The position numbers were made by a program, and so were the translations under genes. Of a stretch of DNA of 19,154 nt, positions 1 through 9,829 are shown piece by piece. The number at the start of each line of letters is the position of its first letter. The first letter of the stretch is position 1. Source of the DNA: Caecitellus pseudoparvulus (lineage: Eukaryota > Protista > Bigyra: Bicosoecida). The stretch is from contig CBFFRQ010000105.1 in the NCBI GenBank assembly GCA_965644315.1, positions 1-19,154 of the forward strand, in the 5' to 3' direction. Under the pieces are notes generated by a model. The model did no database searches, had not been told where the DNA came from, and was given only the letters and a program-made list of their open reading frames with translations.

Positions 1-55
1 TGTCAGTCGGCGTCAGCACCAACCCGGTGCCTGCCCAGTGCGCCTTGCGCACAGA

Positions 56-683
56 CATGTACACTCGCTTCTTCATCACCTTGAGCATACCCATTGCTGC
101 AGTGAGCATTCCGTTGCTCGTAGCGGGTGTGACCAGCATCTTGCAGCGGCAAAGCCACGCAGTGCTGCAGGCTGCTGCTGAGAGGTATGCTGAGGAGAAG
201 GGTGGGAGCTCAGTTGGCGGGGAAGGCGTTGCCGAGTCTGGGGTAGTGGCTCCGCAGCCCCTTGCAGTGTCCACTCCTCCCAAGAAAGAGGGTGCTTTGG
301 TTGACGATACGTTTGCCTTCCCTGCGTCACAGACCCTGGTGTCTCCAACATCCAGGCCTTCCACGCTGGTTCCAAGGTCCACCTCATTCCAAGGCGACAC
401 AGGCCAGACAGGCCCATCTCCAGCAGCGAGACGGACACCTGCGCGGGCTGACTTGGACGATCTGACGAAGGTTGGTGCAGCGCTGATGGGGCATTGTGGC
501 TTGACCGAGTGCGCAAGGCGCAATGCGGGTGCTGTTGTACCTATGGAGCATGCACTCGCAATAGTGGGGTGGTTTCGTGTTTGTCCTATCTGGGGGGTGT
601 CTCGGGCTGCCCTGCCACGGCATCTAAGGCACACACCTTGAGCTTGCTGTTTGGCGCAGAGTGAGAGGCTGGTTGCAGCCTGA
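56..683 (+). CDS. Probable 3' exons of a host gene with one hydrophobic segment followed by an S/T/P-rich tail; begins upstream of the window
   Basis: ORF 27..641 has a TM-like stretch FFITLSIPIAAVSIPLLVAGVTSIL. Candidate acceptor CACAG ends at 55, an in-frame donor AAG|GTTGGT is at 471 and an acceptor GCGCAG ends at 659, giving ...DLDDLTK|SERLVAA* (stop 681-683). The splicing is inferred. Confidence 0.25.
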
Positions 684-1362
684 AAAGACAGGCAAGAGGA
701 ACGAGTCCTCATGGCGAGTGACTCAAACAGGCAGGAAGGCTTGGGACGCATTGTGTGAATGGATGCAGGTTCATCTTTCCTGGGGTGGCATGTCTCTGAT
801 AAGATGTCGGCCAAGGACCTTCTGTTGACGCTGCGGCGGAGCACAGGCCAGTGAAGCAAGAGAGGCATGGGTATTAGCCACGCTGCGGATCGCTTTCATG
901 GAGCGATTGCATGGGGAATCATGGGCGGGGGAAACGTCTGTCCTGTGTGGCGCAGGCGTCGGAAAGGAAGACCCTTGCATTCTGTTTGCACACTACAGCC
1001 ACTCGCGCCTTGCCAACACATTACTTTCCACGGGTGCGACACACGACGCCATTGGAATAACGCTCAATTTTGCTGGTGGAACACTCCCTTCCCCGCCCCT
1101 GCCTGCGACCGGCCTTCCCCTGGTTTGTCAGGCTTGCGTTGCGCGGTGGCCGGCGGCTCAATTTCCGCACTGCACCGTCATTGTGGACCGAGGGAGGCAA
1201 GCCTGGCAAAGCACACTTGGGCTGTGAAGCGAAGTCGGCACTTCATCATTCGGTACAAACAGTGAGTGGGGCTTTGTAGCGTGTTGTGTAGCTTGCTCGC
1301 CGGTGCTGGTCCTTGCGTTGCGCGCGCTCTGTGACTCCGGCTCACGATTTGCACTCGTAGAG

Positions 1363-3018
1363 ATGGAAGCGGGGGCAGCAAGCCTTGAGTCTAGGGACAG
1401 TGCAGGTAGAAGTGGGCCTTTCGAGGAGATGTGCAGGATGGGTCTTTCTTTCCCAGACCTCCCGATTCGGCGTGAGGATGACAAGAAGTTCATGGGAGAC
1501 CTGACACGAAGCAAGAGCTCAACTTTTCTTCCACTGCATCACCTCATGCCCACATTAAGGGTACTGTTGTCCATGCAGCGCCCACTGTTTTCAAGGGCTT
1601 CAGTGACCCCAGCCTTCTTGTTGACTGGCTCGACCGGCATCGGCAAGTCACATGTGGTGAGAAGCTTCGGCGCCCAGATGACTGCGAGGAACGCCTTGCC
1701 CGGGAATGGCAGGATCATCCTGTACTGTCACATCAAACTGAGGGAGCACGCACCATCGAAGACTCAGTCGTTTCATGAGTGGCTGCTCAGGTCAGCGGTG
1801 ACCGAGCTGCGCAAACTGGGCCGACACGGGTCAGTGGTTGACGCGCTCAAGCTGCTGGCCGAAGCAGTGTGTGAAGCACCAAGCGCTGAAGTTGATGTGG
1901 AGCAGCTACTGTCTTCTGTGATCTCGGAAGACGCTTCTGGTGAGGCCGCCTCTTCCTTCTTGTCACCAGAAGTGCAGGAGGCACTTCGAGATGCAAGCAC
2001 AGGCCATCCGTTGGGGCTGGCCAGCGCCGTGCTAAAACGGGCCAAAGTTGTTGTGGTTGCACATGTGGATGGAGCTGAATGTCTTTTCCGTGAAGACCAC
2101 TTCACGTTAGAGCGCGCCAGGCACTGGAACGTGCAACTACGGGGGTTGTTGTCCTTGCCCCGCTCCGCTGTGGGCTTGGTCCTGTGCGCAAGTTGGCAAC
2201 GGGCCGGGCAGCTTTTTCTTTCTGACGAAAGGCCTCATTTTTTTCCGGATGTGTTCACGCACAAGACTCTGCGGCGGAACTGGGGCAGAGACAAGCTCGA
2301 CCACATCCATGTGGGGGATCCAGCATGGGACAGCGAGTCTGTCACAGCCTTCCTCCTCACCCACGCTTGCAGAGAAGTGGATGAGTCATTTTCTCTGTAT
2401 CAGCGGCGTGCTGACGAGCTGCCGAGTGCTGCGGCACTGGCTATGGCAAGGAAGCTTGATGCACTGTATGAGCTTGGCTGGGAGGGCAGTGATGGTTTGT
2501 GCGAGCGAGAGCGACGAGTTGCTTTCCTGGAACACGTGATGGAGCGGTACGGGCACACACCAAAGAAGCTTACTTCAGCGGCTACAAGGTATCTTGCACA
2601 GTGGGATCCAACTGATCTATGGCCGTCTCCCTCAACGGAGATGGCCAAGCCTGACCAAGCCGAAGGTGGCCGAAGGTTGGTGCAGGTGGTGGGTACTTTC
2701 GTGGGCTTGTTCTCGGATGAGAAGCGAACGAAACTTGCTGAGAGCACGCTACTAGACTTCCACTTCACGGACTTTATCGTTCCCAAAGGGCTGTTTGAGC
2801 AGGCCCTTGAGTGGCACCTGTCTCGCCTGCCACCATCTACTGCAGCCGCGGCAGGCGACGGAACCATCCGCAAGGAAGCTGCTCTCATCACCTCTACTGT
2901 CACGCAGTGCATTGATGCCGCTGTGGATGCTGGTTGGCTTGTGGAACATGGAAGATGGTGGGGTTTGGGTAGCCTGGACGTGTGCCGGCAGTTCATGCTT
3001 AGAAGTTGGCTTTATTGA
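1363..3018 (+). CDS. P-loop NTPase (AAA+/STAND-like) domain protein
   Basis: 571-codon open frame (1303..3018), first ATG at 1363. Walker A FLLTGSTGIGKS (GSTGIGKS at 1627-1650); Walker B-like VVVAHVDGAE near 2047-2079. Confidence 0.7.
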   Translation: MEAGAASLESRDSAGRSGPFEEMCRMGLSFPDLPIRREDDKKFMGDLTRSKSSTFLPLHHLMPTLRVLLSMQRPLFSRASVTPAFLLTGSTGIGKSHVVRSFGAQMTARNALPGNGRIILYCHIKLREHAPSKTQSFHEWLLRSAVTELRKLGRHGSVVDALKLLAEAVCEAPSAEVDVEQLLSSVISEDASGEAASSFLSPEVQEALRDASTGHPLGLASAVLKRAKVVVVAHVDGAECLFREDHFTLERARHWNVQLRGLLSLPRSAVGLVLCASWQRAGQLFLSDERPHFFPDVFTHKTLRRNWGRDKLDHIHVGDPAWDSESVTAFLLTHACREVDESFSLYQRRADELPSAAALAMARKLDALYELGWEGSDGLCERERRVAFLEHVMERYGHTPKKLTSAATRYLAQWDPTDLWPSPSTEMAKPDQAEGGRRLVQVVGTFVGLFSDEKRTKLAESTLLDFHFTDFIVPKGLFEQALEWHLSRLPPSTAAAAGDGTIRKEAALITSTVTQCIDAAVDAGWLVEHGRWWGLGSLDVCRQFMLRSWLY

Positions 3019-3804
3019 CTCCATACTCAGTCCCTGAGACGAAGAATGCATGGCTAGGTCACGCAGCATGGTGGGGGCCGCGGCAGGGCGGGCTCCGCCT
3101 TTCCGCATTGGGGCCAGCTGTACCACGTGCTTGGGCATGCACGCTTGCAGCAGGGCCAGCCCCAGCCACACCAGCTTGCCAGGCACCATGGCGCTGCCGC
3201 CACTTGACCTCACTGGGTCGGATAGCCCGTTACGCCTCCACACGTACGGCCCCCTGCCCGTCCTGTACGTCTCACGTTCCATCTTGCATGTTTTGGTGGG
3301 ACAGACGTGCTGCCCAGCGCCGGGAAGCAGCTGCTGCAGAGATCATAGAGAGCGATACATGCAAAGTTCCATGCATGCCTGTTAGCCCCTCTTTTGGACC
3401 TGAGCATTTGAGCTAGAGAGGGGGAAGCGAATCTGGCTGTGCAGGCAACCGATTTCTCCACACGGCGAGGACAAAGGCAAAGCCAGACGTCAGCTACAGC
3501 ACGGATCTGAGTGAGACTGGGACATCTGGCACGTAGGAAAGTTTGACACTTGCCCAGAAATCGGCGCTGATCTGATAGCGATAGGTGATAGGAACATGGC
3601 GGTGAGAAGCAGGGCTGTGAAGTTGCGAGGAAGTCGATTGAGATGCGACTTTGGGCAACTGTGCATCCCATGAGAGCAAGTCGGAAGCCCTTCCGAGAAG
3701 CTGCGGCAGTGAAGCGACATGAAAGAGGGTGTGGTGCTATGCTCAGCAGATCAAACTGGCTGCATGCCGGCCAAGGTCGCTGCATTGGGGTGTTTTCATC
3801 TCGC

Positions 3805-4734
3805 TCACCCCACACCACGAGATCTAAGCAAGAGCATGGCACGTCGCCCATGCCGAGTGCTGGTACCAGCCCACACTGCATCATGCGCTGTTTGGGCAAT
3901 GGTCTCCCCTTCTTGTTGCCAGATGTGAGCTGGGATGGCTCGGTGACCAGTAAGGGACAGCAGCTCCCGCACGATGTCGAGATGGCCTTCAGTGCTTGCC
4001 TCTCGGAAGGCGGCCTCAGGTTCATCCCCATCTGCTGCGTGCACATCCACTTCCCGCGCCCCAGTCAGGGCCAGCAGCTGACGCACGATGTCTGTGTGAC
4101 CCTCCCGGCATGACCATCGGAAGGCGGCTTCAGGTCCATCATAATCTGTCGCATGCACATCTACCTCCCGCGCTCCGCTCAGGCTTAGCAGCACTCGGAC
4201 GATATCTGTGTGGCCTTCCTGACATGCCCCGAGAAGTGCGGCCTCGGGGCCATCCTCATCGTCCGCGTGCACATCCACTTCCCGCGCCCCAGTCAGGCCC
4301 AGCAGCTCACGCACGATGTCTGTGTGGCCCTTGGTGCATGCGCCTCGGAAGGCGGCCTCTGGTCCATCCTCATCTGCCGCGTGGACATCCACTTCCCGCG
4401 GCCCAGTGAGGCCCAGGAGCTCCCGCACGATATCTGTGTGGCCATTGGCGCATGCCTCTCGAAAGCCGGCCTCGGGTCCATCATCATCCGCCGCATGCAC
4501 ATCCACTTCCCGCGCCCCAGTGAGGGCCAGCAGCTCACGCACCAAATCTAAATGGCCTTTTTCACACGCGACCCGAAACCCAGCGGTTGTGTCTGAACTC
4601 GCCAGCACCTCCGCCAAGGTGGCGGTCTTCAAACTTACTCGCTGAAAGATGTCCCACAGCTGATCTGCGTCACCCACTTCACAAGCAGATTTCCACTGGG
4701 CCTTGAGCTGTGCCGGATCATCAAATGTTGCCAT
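3805..4734 (-). CDS. Ankyrin-repeat protein
   Basis: Six repeats of the form (A/G)FRxACxxGHxD(I/L)VRELLxLTGxREVDVHAxDxDGPEA. First ATG at 4734 (MATFDD); the track ORF starts at a non-ATG codon at 4833. Confidence 0.88.
   Translation of the reverse strand: MATFDDPAQLKAQWKSACEVGDADQLWDIFQRVSLKTATLAEVLASSDTTAGFRVACEKGHLDLVRELLALTGAREVDVHAADDDGPEAGFREACANGHTDIVRELLGLTGPREVDVHAADEDGPEAAFRGACTKGHTDIVRELLGLTGAREVDVHADDEDGPEAALLGACQEGHTDIVRVLLSLSGAREVDVHATDYDGPEAAFRWSCREGHTDIVRQLLALTGAREVDVHAADGDEPEAAFREASTEGHLDIVRELLSLTGHRAIPAHIWQQEGETIAQTAHDAVWAGTSTRHGRRAMLLLRSRGVG
3925..4581 (-). repeat. Coding tandem repeat, 114-nt (38-aa) unit, about 5.7 copies
   Basis: The + strand motif RTGSACATCYAC recurs at 4039, 4153, 4267, 4381 and 4495, an exact 114-nt period. 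Confidence 0.92.
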
Positions 4735-5356
4735 GACTGACTCCAGGATGCCAGTTGCCGACGTTGAAGTTGAAGCTACAGGTTGAGTTGTGCTCGTGGA
4801 AGTGAGTCTCCGTGATGTCACGCAGAAGAGCAACAGGCATGCAACCGGAGAAGGAGTGAAAAGAGAAAAATGTCAAGCCTGTGGATATGCAGATGTAGTA
4901 TTTGCGTCGGTATTTGTGCGAAGAATGCGGCAGAGCATCTTGTGCGGAAATCGCAACGGCAACCGACACGCCAGCGAGACACGCACCACCTCCTGACACA
5001 GTGCAGGGATGGGCAGGCCCACGCCGGCAGCGAGCTAAAGGATGCCCTGACCTGCTGGTTTTCAGGCTGAATTTCCGTCGCCCATGGGAAGGTTTGGTTT
5101 GAGTTGTGCCAAGGCGGAGAGAATGTCCAGCTTGGCCGGTGCGTCGAGAATAAGTTTATAGTCAAGGTAAATTGTCGGGTGACAAAGGTGGCATTTGGAC
5201 ACTCATGAACTTGGATTTGATCTCCTTCACTTGGCGCCTTTGCCCCTCTCTCCTTGACCGTCACATCGTTTTGAATGTTCCCCCCACCTCCTCCGGCACC
5301 AGCTCCAACGGGCGCCCCCACTGAGCGAGGAACGACATTGCGCTACCCAGGCCAGG

Positions 5357-5754
5357 ATGCCGCGAAGAGCCCCAGGGGTGCTTACAACGCACTGTATCAA
5401 GGTAGAAAGGTCCAAGGCTTCTGAATGTCAGCTTTGCTCGCTCCGGGCCGCGGCCATTGCACGAGGGTGCCATGCTCCCCGCAAGGGTAGTAGCAACTCA
5501 ACCTTCGTTGACGGCACTCACTACCACTGCTCCTCTGACGTGTGTTTTTGGCGTGCAATGGTGAAAAAGGATTTGAAGCTCACTCCTGTGGGGCAGGACG
5601 TGTCAAAATTGCAGCAGAAGGTGCGTACTCGCGTCTTGTGGTGCAAAACGGCGTTTCACCCATAACGGCAGCACCAGCTGCGAGCCTTTCCGTACCACAG
5701 AGCAAGATGCAGACACTCTGGTGCCCCATAAAGCACCATAAGGGCATGAAGAAG
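5357..5754 (+). CDS. Putative spliced Cys/His (PARP-type zinc-finger-like) exons; possibly the 5' part of the transposon gene
   Basis: ERSKASECQLC-x27-HYHC..CF. In-frame exons 5357-5620 and 5701-5754 are bounded by AAG|GTGCGT...CCACAG (5621-5700) and AAG|GTGAGG...CCGCAG (5755-5834). The downstream frame could not be joined cleanly. Confidence 0.35.
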
Positions 5755-5857
5755 GTGAGGCTGAAGCTTCTCTCCTGTTTCCTGAAGGTTCTCTGCCCGT
5801 ACCTACTCTCCCCCACATCCACCTCTGTCCGCAGGCCATCCTGATGCCCAGAGCCCC

Positions 5858-6847
5858 GTGGAGGTTACAGGTGCTTCAGTCTCGGTCGAAGACCTGTCAC
5901 CAGAGTCACTGACAAAATCAGTGTTGCAGAGCCTGTGCCGTAGCGTTCCTCTGGGGCACGGTAGCACGTGGTCCGACCAGGTCCTGGCCCAGTCTGAAGC
6001 TGTTGTTCACAGGTGTGCCCCAGCAGCCTCCCGCCTTCTCCTTCACGGTGACATGAGTCCAGGCGAGCTCACCAAGCAGTGCTCTGCAGTGGGGCCCGCT
6101 AAGCATTGCCTCCCACAGCCTCCCAGGGAGGTTCTCGTGCCCACCTGTCCAGCGGCCCTCGCCGGGAACATGAGCACAATCCTGACCGTGTTCATGGCAT
6201 CGCCCGCCAAGCCTGCCACTGTTCAGCTTGGTGGGTCGAGCGTGATGATGGTGCGCGCTGCCTTGGGCAGGATGGCGCTCCCTCCACAGCCTGGGGAGGG
6301 GCTTGTGCTGGCCTACATGGCAGACAAGGCAGAGATTGGGATTGCGGCCGCGTTGCGGGACGCACAGGGACCTGTGACTGCCGCTCTTCGGGACAAGGTC
6401 CGCAGCATTGAAGGCGGCTTGGTGTATCGAACCACAGACCGCGAGGAGGAGTGTGTCGGCGAGCAGGGTCTCCTCGGGGGATGCACCCACGCAATCACCG
6501 GTATGTCGAGAAACCTGAGCATGCTGCGGTCGCTGGCACAGTTTACAAGCATTTCATCCCTCACAAGAAGCAGCCCCCAGAGCGGCGGATTCAGGCAGTT
6601 GGCGTCGCTGCCGCACACCCAGCTCTGGGGAGCAGGTTCGATCAGGCGGATGAGGAGACCCACAAGTTGCTCGAAGGACCCATCCCCTGGACACCTGACG
6701 GGCACACTTTCCCCGACAGCGATGCATACCAAGCCAAAGCCGCAGAAGGGGGGGTTTCCTTTCGGTCAGCCATGGCAGCGCGTGCTGAGGAGCCATGGAC
6801 AGGGGGGGCTGCAGCTGCAGAGGCTGGTCCGCTGCCTGAGAAGTTGA
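5858..6847 (+). CDS. Hypothetical ORF overlapping the transposase ORF; perhaps its frameshifted or spliced N-terminal part
   Basis: 329-codon open frame, GTG start, no recognised motif; overlaps the 6451 frame. Confidence 0.2.
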   Translation: MEVTGASVSVEDLSPESLTKSVLQSLCRSVPLGHGSTWSDQVLAQSEAVVHRCAPAASRLLLHGDMSPGELTKQCSAVGPAKHCLPQPPREVLVPTCPAALAGNMSTILTVFMASPAKPATVQLGGSSVMMVRAALGRMALPPQPGEGLVLAYMADKAEIGIAAALRDAQGPVTAALRDKVRSIEGGLVYRTTDREEECVGEQGLLGGCTHAITGMSRNLSMLRSLAQFTSISSLTRSSPQSGGFRQLASLPHTQLWGAGSIRRMRRPTSCSKDPSPGHLTGTLSPTAMHTKPKPQKGGFPFGQPWQRVLRSHGQGGLQLQRLVRCLRS

Positions 6848-9648
6848 CTGGGATGCTCAGGAACATGGAAAAAGAACTAAAGGAAAGTATGGCCCCAAGC
6901 TCGATGGCCATTCCTTTGCGAATGATGTCTGTCCCGGTAGACGGTGGCTCAGACGGACGCCCTGTGGTGCCCTGGGGCATGTGTCCCAACGCGGACACGG
7001 CCGGCACTTGTGTCTGGACAACAAATGGGATACAGGATTGTACGCAGTGTTTGATCACTGGCATGCGTGGCGTGCAGTCGGTCAAAAAGGTCAGGTACAC
7101 CTGCCAGAAGCACGGTGCCTCTGTCCTTGTCGGTACGCAGAAGTTCTGGACGCTCAAGGACCAGCTTTTCCCCGAGCAGCAGCACGACGGTGCCCCCTTT
7201 CCCCATATGGAGGGGCGCAGGCTGACCCTGTCCATACCTTGTGCACTTGCTGGCTCTATGCTCCTGGATGAAGATGCAGCAGAGAGTCTGTGGGAGTGCT
7301 ACGTCGCGCACCGTCGCGAAGGCATGGCCAAGGTACTGGATGCATTCTACAGAGACCTGATGCACCCTTTTCGGGACACGTTTAGGAAGTGGAAGAGAGA
7401 GCTGCGACAAAAGTTCTGGTACCAGAAGGACGATGCCATTGGCAGGGCCGTGGCAGGGATCGTGCGCCGCGTGAAGACCCCCATCGAGGAGAGGCTGCAG
7501 CTGAGCACTGGTGTGGAGGCTTTGCGAGATGCTGTGCTGCATATCTTCCATGTCACAGTGGAGCCACACGTTAGTCTGTACGAGGAAGCCCTAGCACGCT
7601 TCGCTGACACCATCAGCGTGGACTGGACCCTCGCATCCTCCGCGCGGGTGCACGTGGTTGGTCCGAGGCCTGGGCAACATGACACCACGCAAGCTACTGA
7701 TGAGCCTGCCGGGCCTGAAGGGCAGGAGTGCGACGGGGAACATCCAGATGGAGATGATGATGAAGCTGGTGAAGACACAGGCGATGCGCAGGCCTTGCCA
7801 GCATGCGCCGGGGATGGCAGCGGTGGCACTGCCACAGCAACTCGGGCCAGAGGCACAACCTGGTGGCGGGTAGCTCCCTGCATAGCCACGGTTGTGGGGC
7901 GATACAGCTTCATCTTGCAGCGTCCCATGCTCACGAGCCACGAGAGTGGTGCCAACCTGGCCTGGGTCCTGGACTTCTTACTGAGCAAGCTGAAGGGACA
8001 CCTGCGGGAGCGTGGCCCGGCGGCGTCCCACCCCAGTGTCATCACAGTGGACAACCTCAGGACCCACCAGCACACCCTGCAGAAAATCATCGACGTGCAC
8101 TTCCCACTGCTGAAGAAAGGCGTGGTGCGGTTCGCGGTGGACCCTCGGCACTTTGCCAGCCGCGTGACCAAGACCATTCCCAGCAAATCCGTGCACCAAG
8201 ATGGCAAGATGATGTCAAGGCTGTGGTTTGACACTGTACACTGGATGCGGACGCCCCCCAGAACGGAAGTGTCTTCGCGCTTGATGCTGCCAGAGCGAGA
8301 CATTGATAATCAGTTGACTGACCTGTCCACTGCAAGGGAAGCGATACAGGGATTCAAAGCTTGCGCCCATGCTATCCTTGCACGCAAGCCCCTGAGTCAG
8401 GGACAGCAGGGGGTGGTCAAGTCATTCCTAGCCAAGTTTGGGTGGGCTGTGTATGGGCCAGCGCGTGCAGTTGGGGCTGCTGCAAGGCTTCGCAAGCACG
8501 TCCCCCTCGCCTTGGCAGCTGTGTGTGCCGCTGCTGCCGGCATGCTGCATCGCCGCTCCTGCGGCCAGCCATTCACTGTGACTGCTGAAGGCGTACATGA
8601 AGGTGAAGGTGCCATTCCCATGCTTCCTCTGCACGTGGGTCCAGACAACGTGAGCCAAGCTCAGGCTGAGCTGAAGCGGGTTGCCAAGCTCTTCGAGGTA
8701 GTCTGGGCGCCCCCCAGCGAGAGTGGTGCCACATCTGTTGTACGCGGTGCTCCCACCCACGGCATCCTTGAGAAAGGACCCCCCTACGCACTGACTCGAT
8801 CCCGGGTCAAGGCCTCATGCAAGAACTTGGTCGGCATTCAGGGTCTGATGAATGGGCGAGATGCGGTTCACGGCGCGACGACAACAGGGGGAAACGAGAG
8901 CCGACACGCTGGGATGCGAGACATGGTGACGGCAGGGACTTCAACCCGCCTCGATGTGGCCAAGATGAATCTGACGCTATACTGGCTGGAGAGGAACCAA
9001 GCCACTGCTGCCAAGCTGCTGTCTAAGTACACCAACTCGCACAGTCGCAAGCGCGAGACCCGATCCAAGGCGGGCAAAGCAGCAGACAGCTTGGATCTGC
9101 TGTCTGCGTTGTGCTCAGATGTCACTGACCTTGGTGATGGAGAGATCACTGCGGCGCTTCAACGCAACCCAGTTCCACCCGCCCCACCAACCTTCGAGGA
9201 AGTCGTGGCCTCTGGTCTGCCCCTGTACCACAGGGCCACCTCGTCTGTCACCCCGGAGTTAGAACATGAGATTCGCCAGCTGTTCCTGGAGGAGCAGCAG
9301 GCCCGCAAGGATGGGACCTGCCCCTATAGCGAGAGAACACTGGTATCACGGGTTGCCTCTGCAGCACACGCAACGGAAGGACAGGTGAGGAAGGTAGCCC
9401 AAATGATGCAGGCGGAGGCAGCTGTCCAAGATGAAGAGGTCAAGACTCAGAAGCAGAGTGGGGCCGAGACAGGCCACGAACGTGCGGGGGCCAAGGTTGG
9501 TCCAAAGGGTGGGACGGCCAAGATAGAAGCCCACGTCGGTGGGGCCAAGACGAAAGCTCGTACTGGTGGGAAAAAGAGGTCCATGGGTAATAAACCCGTG
9601 CAAAATCTGTCAAAACGGCCGCGGCGCACGAGCGCATGCGCTTTCTGA
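6451..9648 (+). CDS. DDE (RNase H-fold) transposase-like protein of the DxxH-containing group
   Basis: 1065-codon ORF, first ATG at 6481. Cys/His cluster (CP..C..YTCQKH), ISVDWT (D at 7621), ITVDN (D at 8050), VDPRHF (8140-8151), GGNESRH (E at 8896) and a basic NLS-like C-terminus KRPRR. Motif order recognised by eye. Confidence 0.65.
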   Translation: MCRRAGSPRGMHPRNHRYVEKPEHAAVAGTVYKHFIPHKKQPPERRIQAVGVAAAHPALGSRFDQADEETHKLLEGPIPWTPDGHTFPDSDAYQAKAAEGGVSFRSAMAARAEEPWTGGAAAAEAGPLPEKLTGMLRNMEKELKESMAPSSMAIPLRMMSVPVDGGSDGRPVVPWGMCPNADTAGTCVWTTNGIQDCTQCLITGMRGVQSVKKVRYTCQKHGASVLVGTQKFWTLKDQLFPEQQHDGAPFPHMEGRRLTLSIPCALAGSMLLDEDAAESLWECYVAHRREGMAKVLDAFYRDLMHPFRDTFRKWKRELRQKFWYQKDDAIGRAVAGIVRRVKTPIEERLQLSTGVEALRDAVLHIFHVTVEPHVSLYEEALARFADTISVDWTLASSARVHVVGPRPGQHDTTQATDEPAGPEGQECDGEHPDGDDDEAGEDTGDAQALPACAGDGSGGTATATRARGTTWWRVAPCIATVVGRYSFILQRPMLTSHESGANLAWVLDFLLSKLKGHLRERGPAASHPSVITVDNLRTHQHTLQKIIDVHFPLLKKGVVRFAVDPRHFASRVTKTIPSKSVHQDGKMMSRLWFDTVHWMRTPPRTEVSSRLMLPERDIDNQLTDLSTAREAIQGFKACAHAILARKPLSQGQQGVVKSFLAKFGWAVYGPARAVGAAARLRKHVPLALAAVCAAAAGMLHRRSCGQPFTVTAEGVHEGEGAIPMLPLHVGPDNVSQAQAELKRVAKLFEVVWAPPSESGATSVVRGAPTHGILEKGPPYALTRSRVKASCKNLVGIQGLMNGRDAVHGATTTGGNESRHAGMRDMVTAGTSTRLDVAKMNLTLYWLERNQATAAKLLSKYTNSHSRKRETRSKAGKAADSLDLLSALCSDVTDLGDGEITAALQRNPVPPAPPTFEEVVASGLPLYHRATSSVTPELEHEIRQLFLEEQQARKDGTCPYSERTLVSRVASAAHATEGQVRKVAQMMQAEAAVQDEEVKTQKQSGAETGHERAGAKVGPKGGTAKIEAHVGGAKTKARTGGKKRSMGNKPVQNLSKRPRRTSACAF

Positions 9649-9772
9649 CCGGCCAAGTTTCACGGGAGTTTCACCCCAGAGCCAGTCCGACAAAGACGGC
9701 CTCCAAACCCACAAAGAACGAAGCAGTTCTGAGCTTATTCTACGCCTCGAAATGTATGCCACCAAATAACGC

Positions 9773-9829
9773 TTAGGTTAGGGTTAGGGTTAGGGTTAGG
9801 GTTAGGGTTAGGGTTAGGGTTAGGGTTAG
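9773..9829 (+). repeat. Internal telomeric tract TTAGG-(TTAGGG)8-TTAG
   Basis: Read directly. The G-rich strand is +, so the chromosome end would lie to the right. Confidence 0.98.

Noticed and set aside
700-1300. Short overlapping ORFs at 700-1300 (also 3020-3800 and 4830-5350)
   Set aside because: No motifs or coherent exon structure; treated as intergenic or UTR.
3925-4581. CRISPR-like array
   Set aside because: It is an in-frame coding tandem repeat with no repeat-spacer alternation and no cas genes, in a eukaryotic context.
5131-9763. Possible TIRs for the DNA transposon: CTTGGCCGGT, AGAATAAG, TTGTCGG and GGTGGCAT at 5131-5194 have inverted matches at 9648-9763
   Set aside because: The matches are 7-10 nt and not collinear, so they do not form a terminal inverted repeat.
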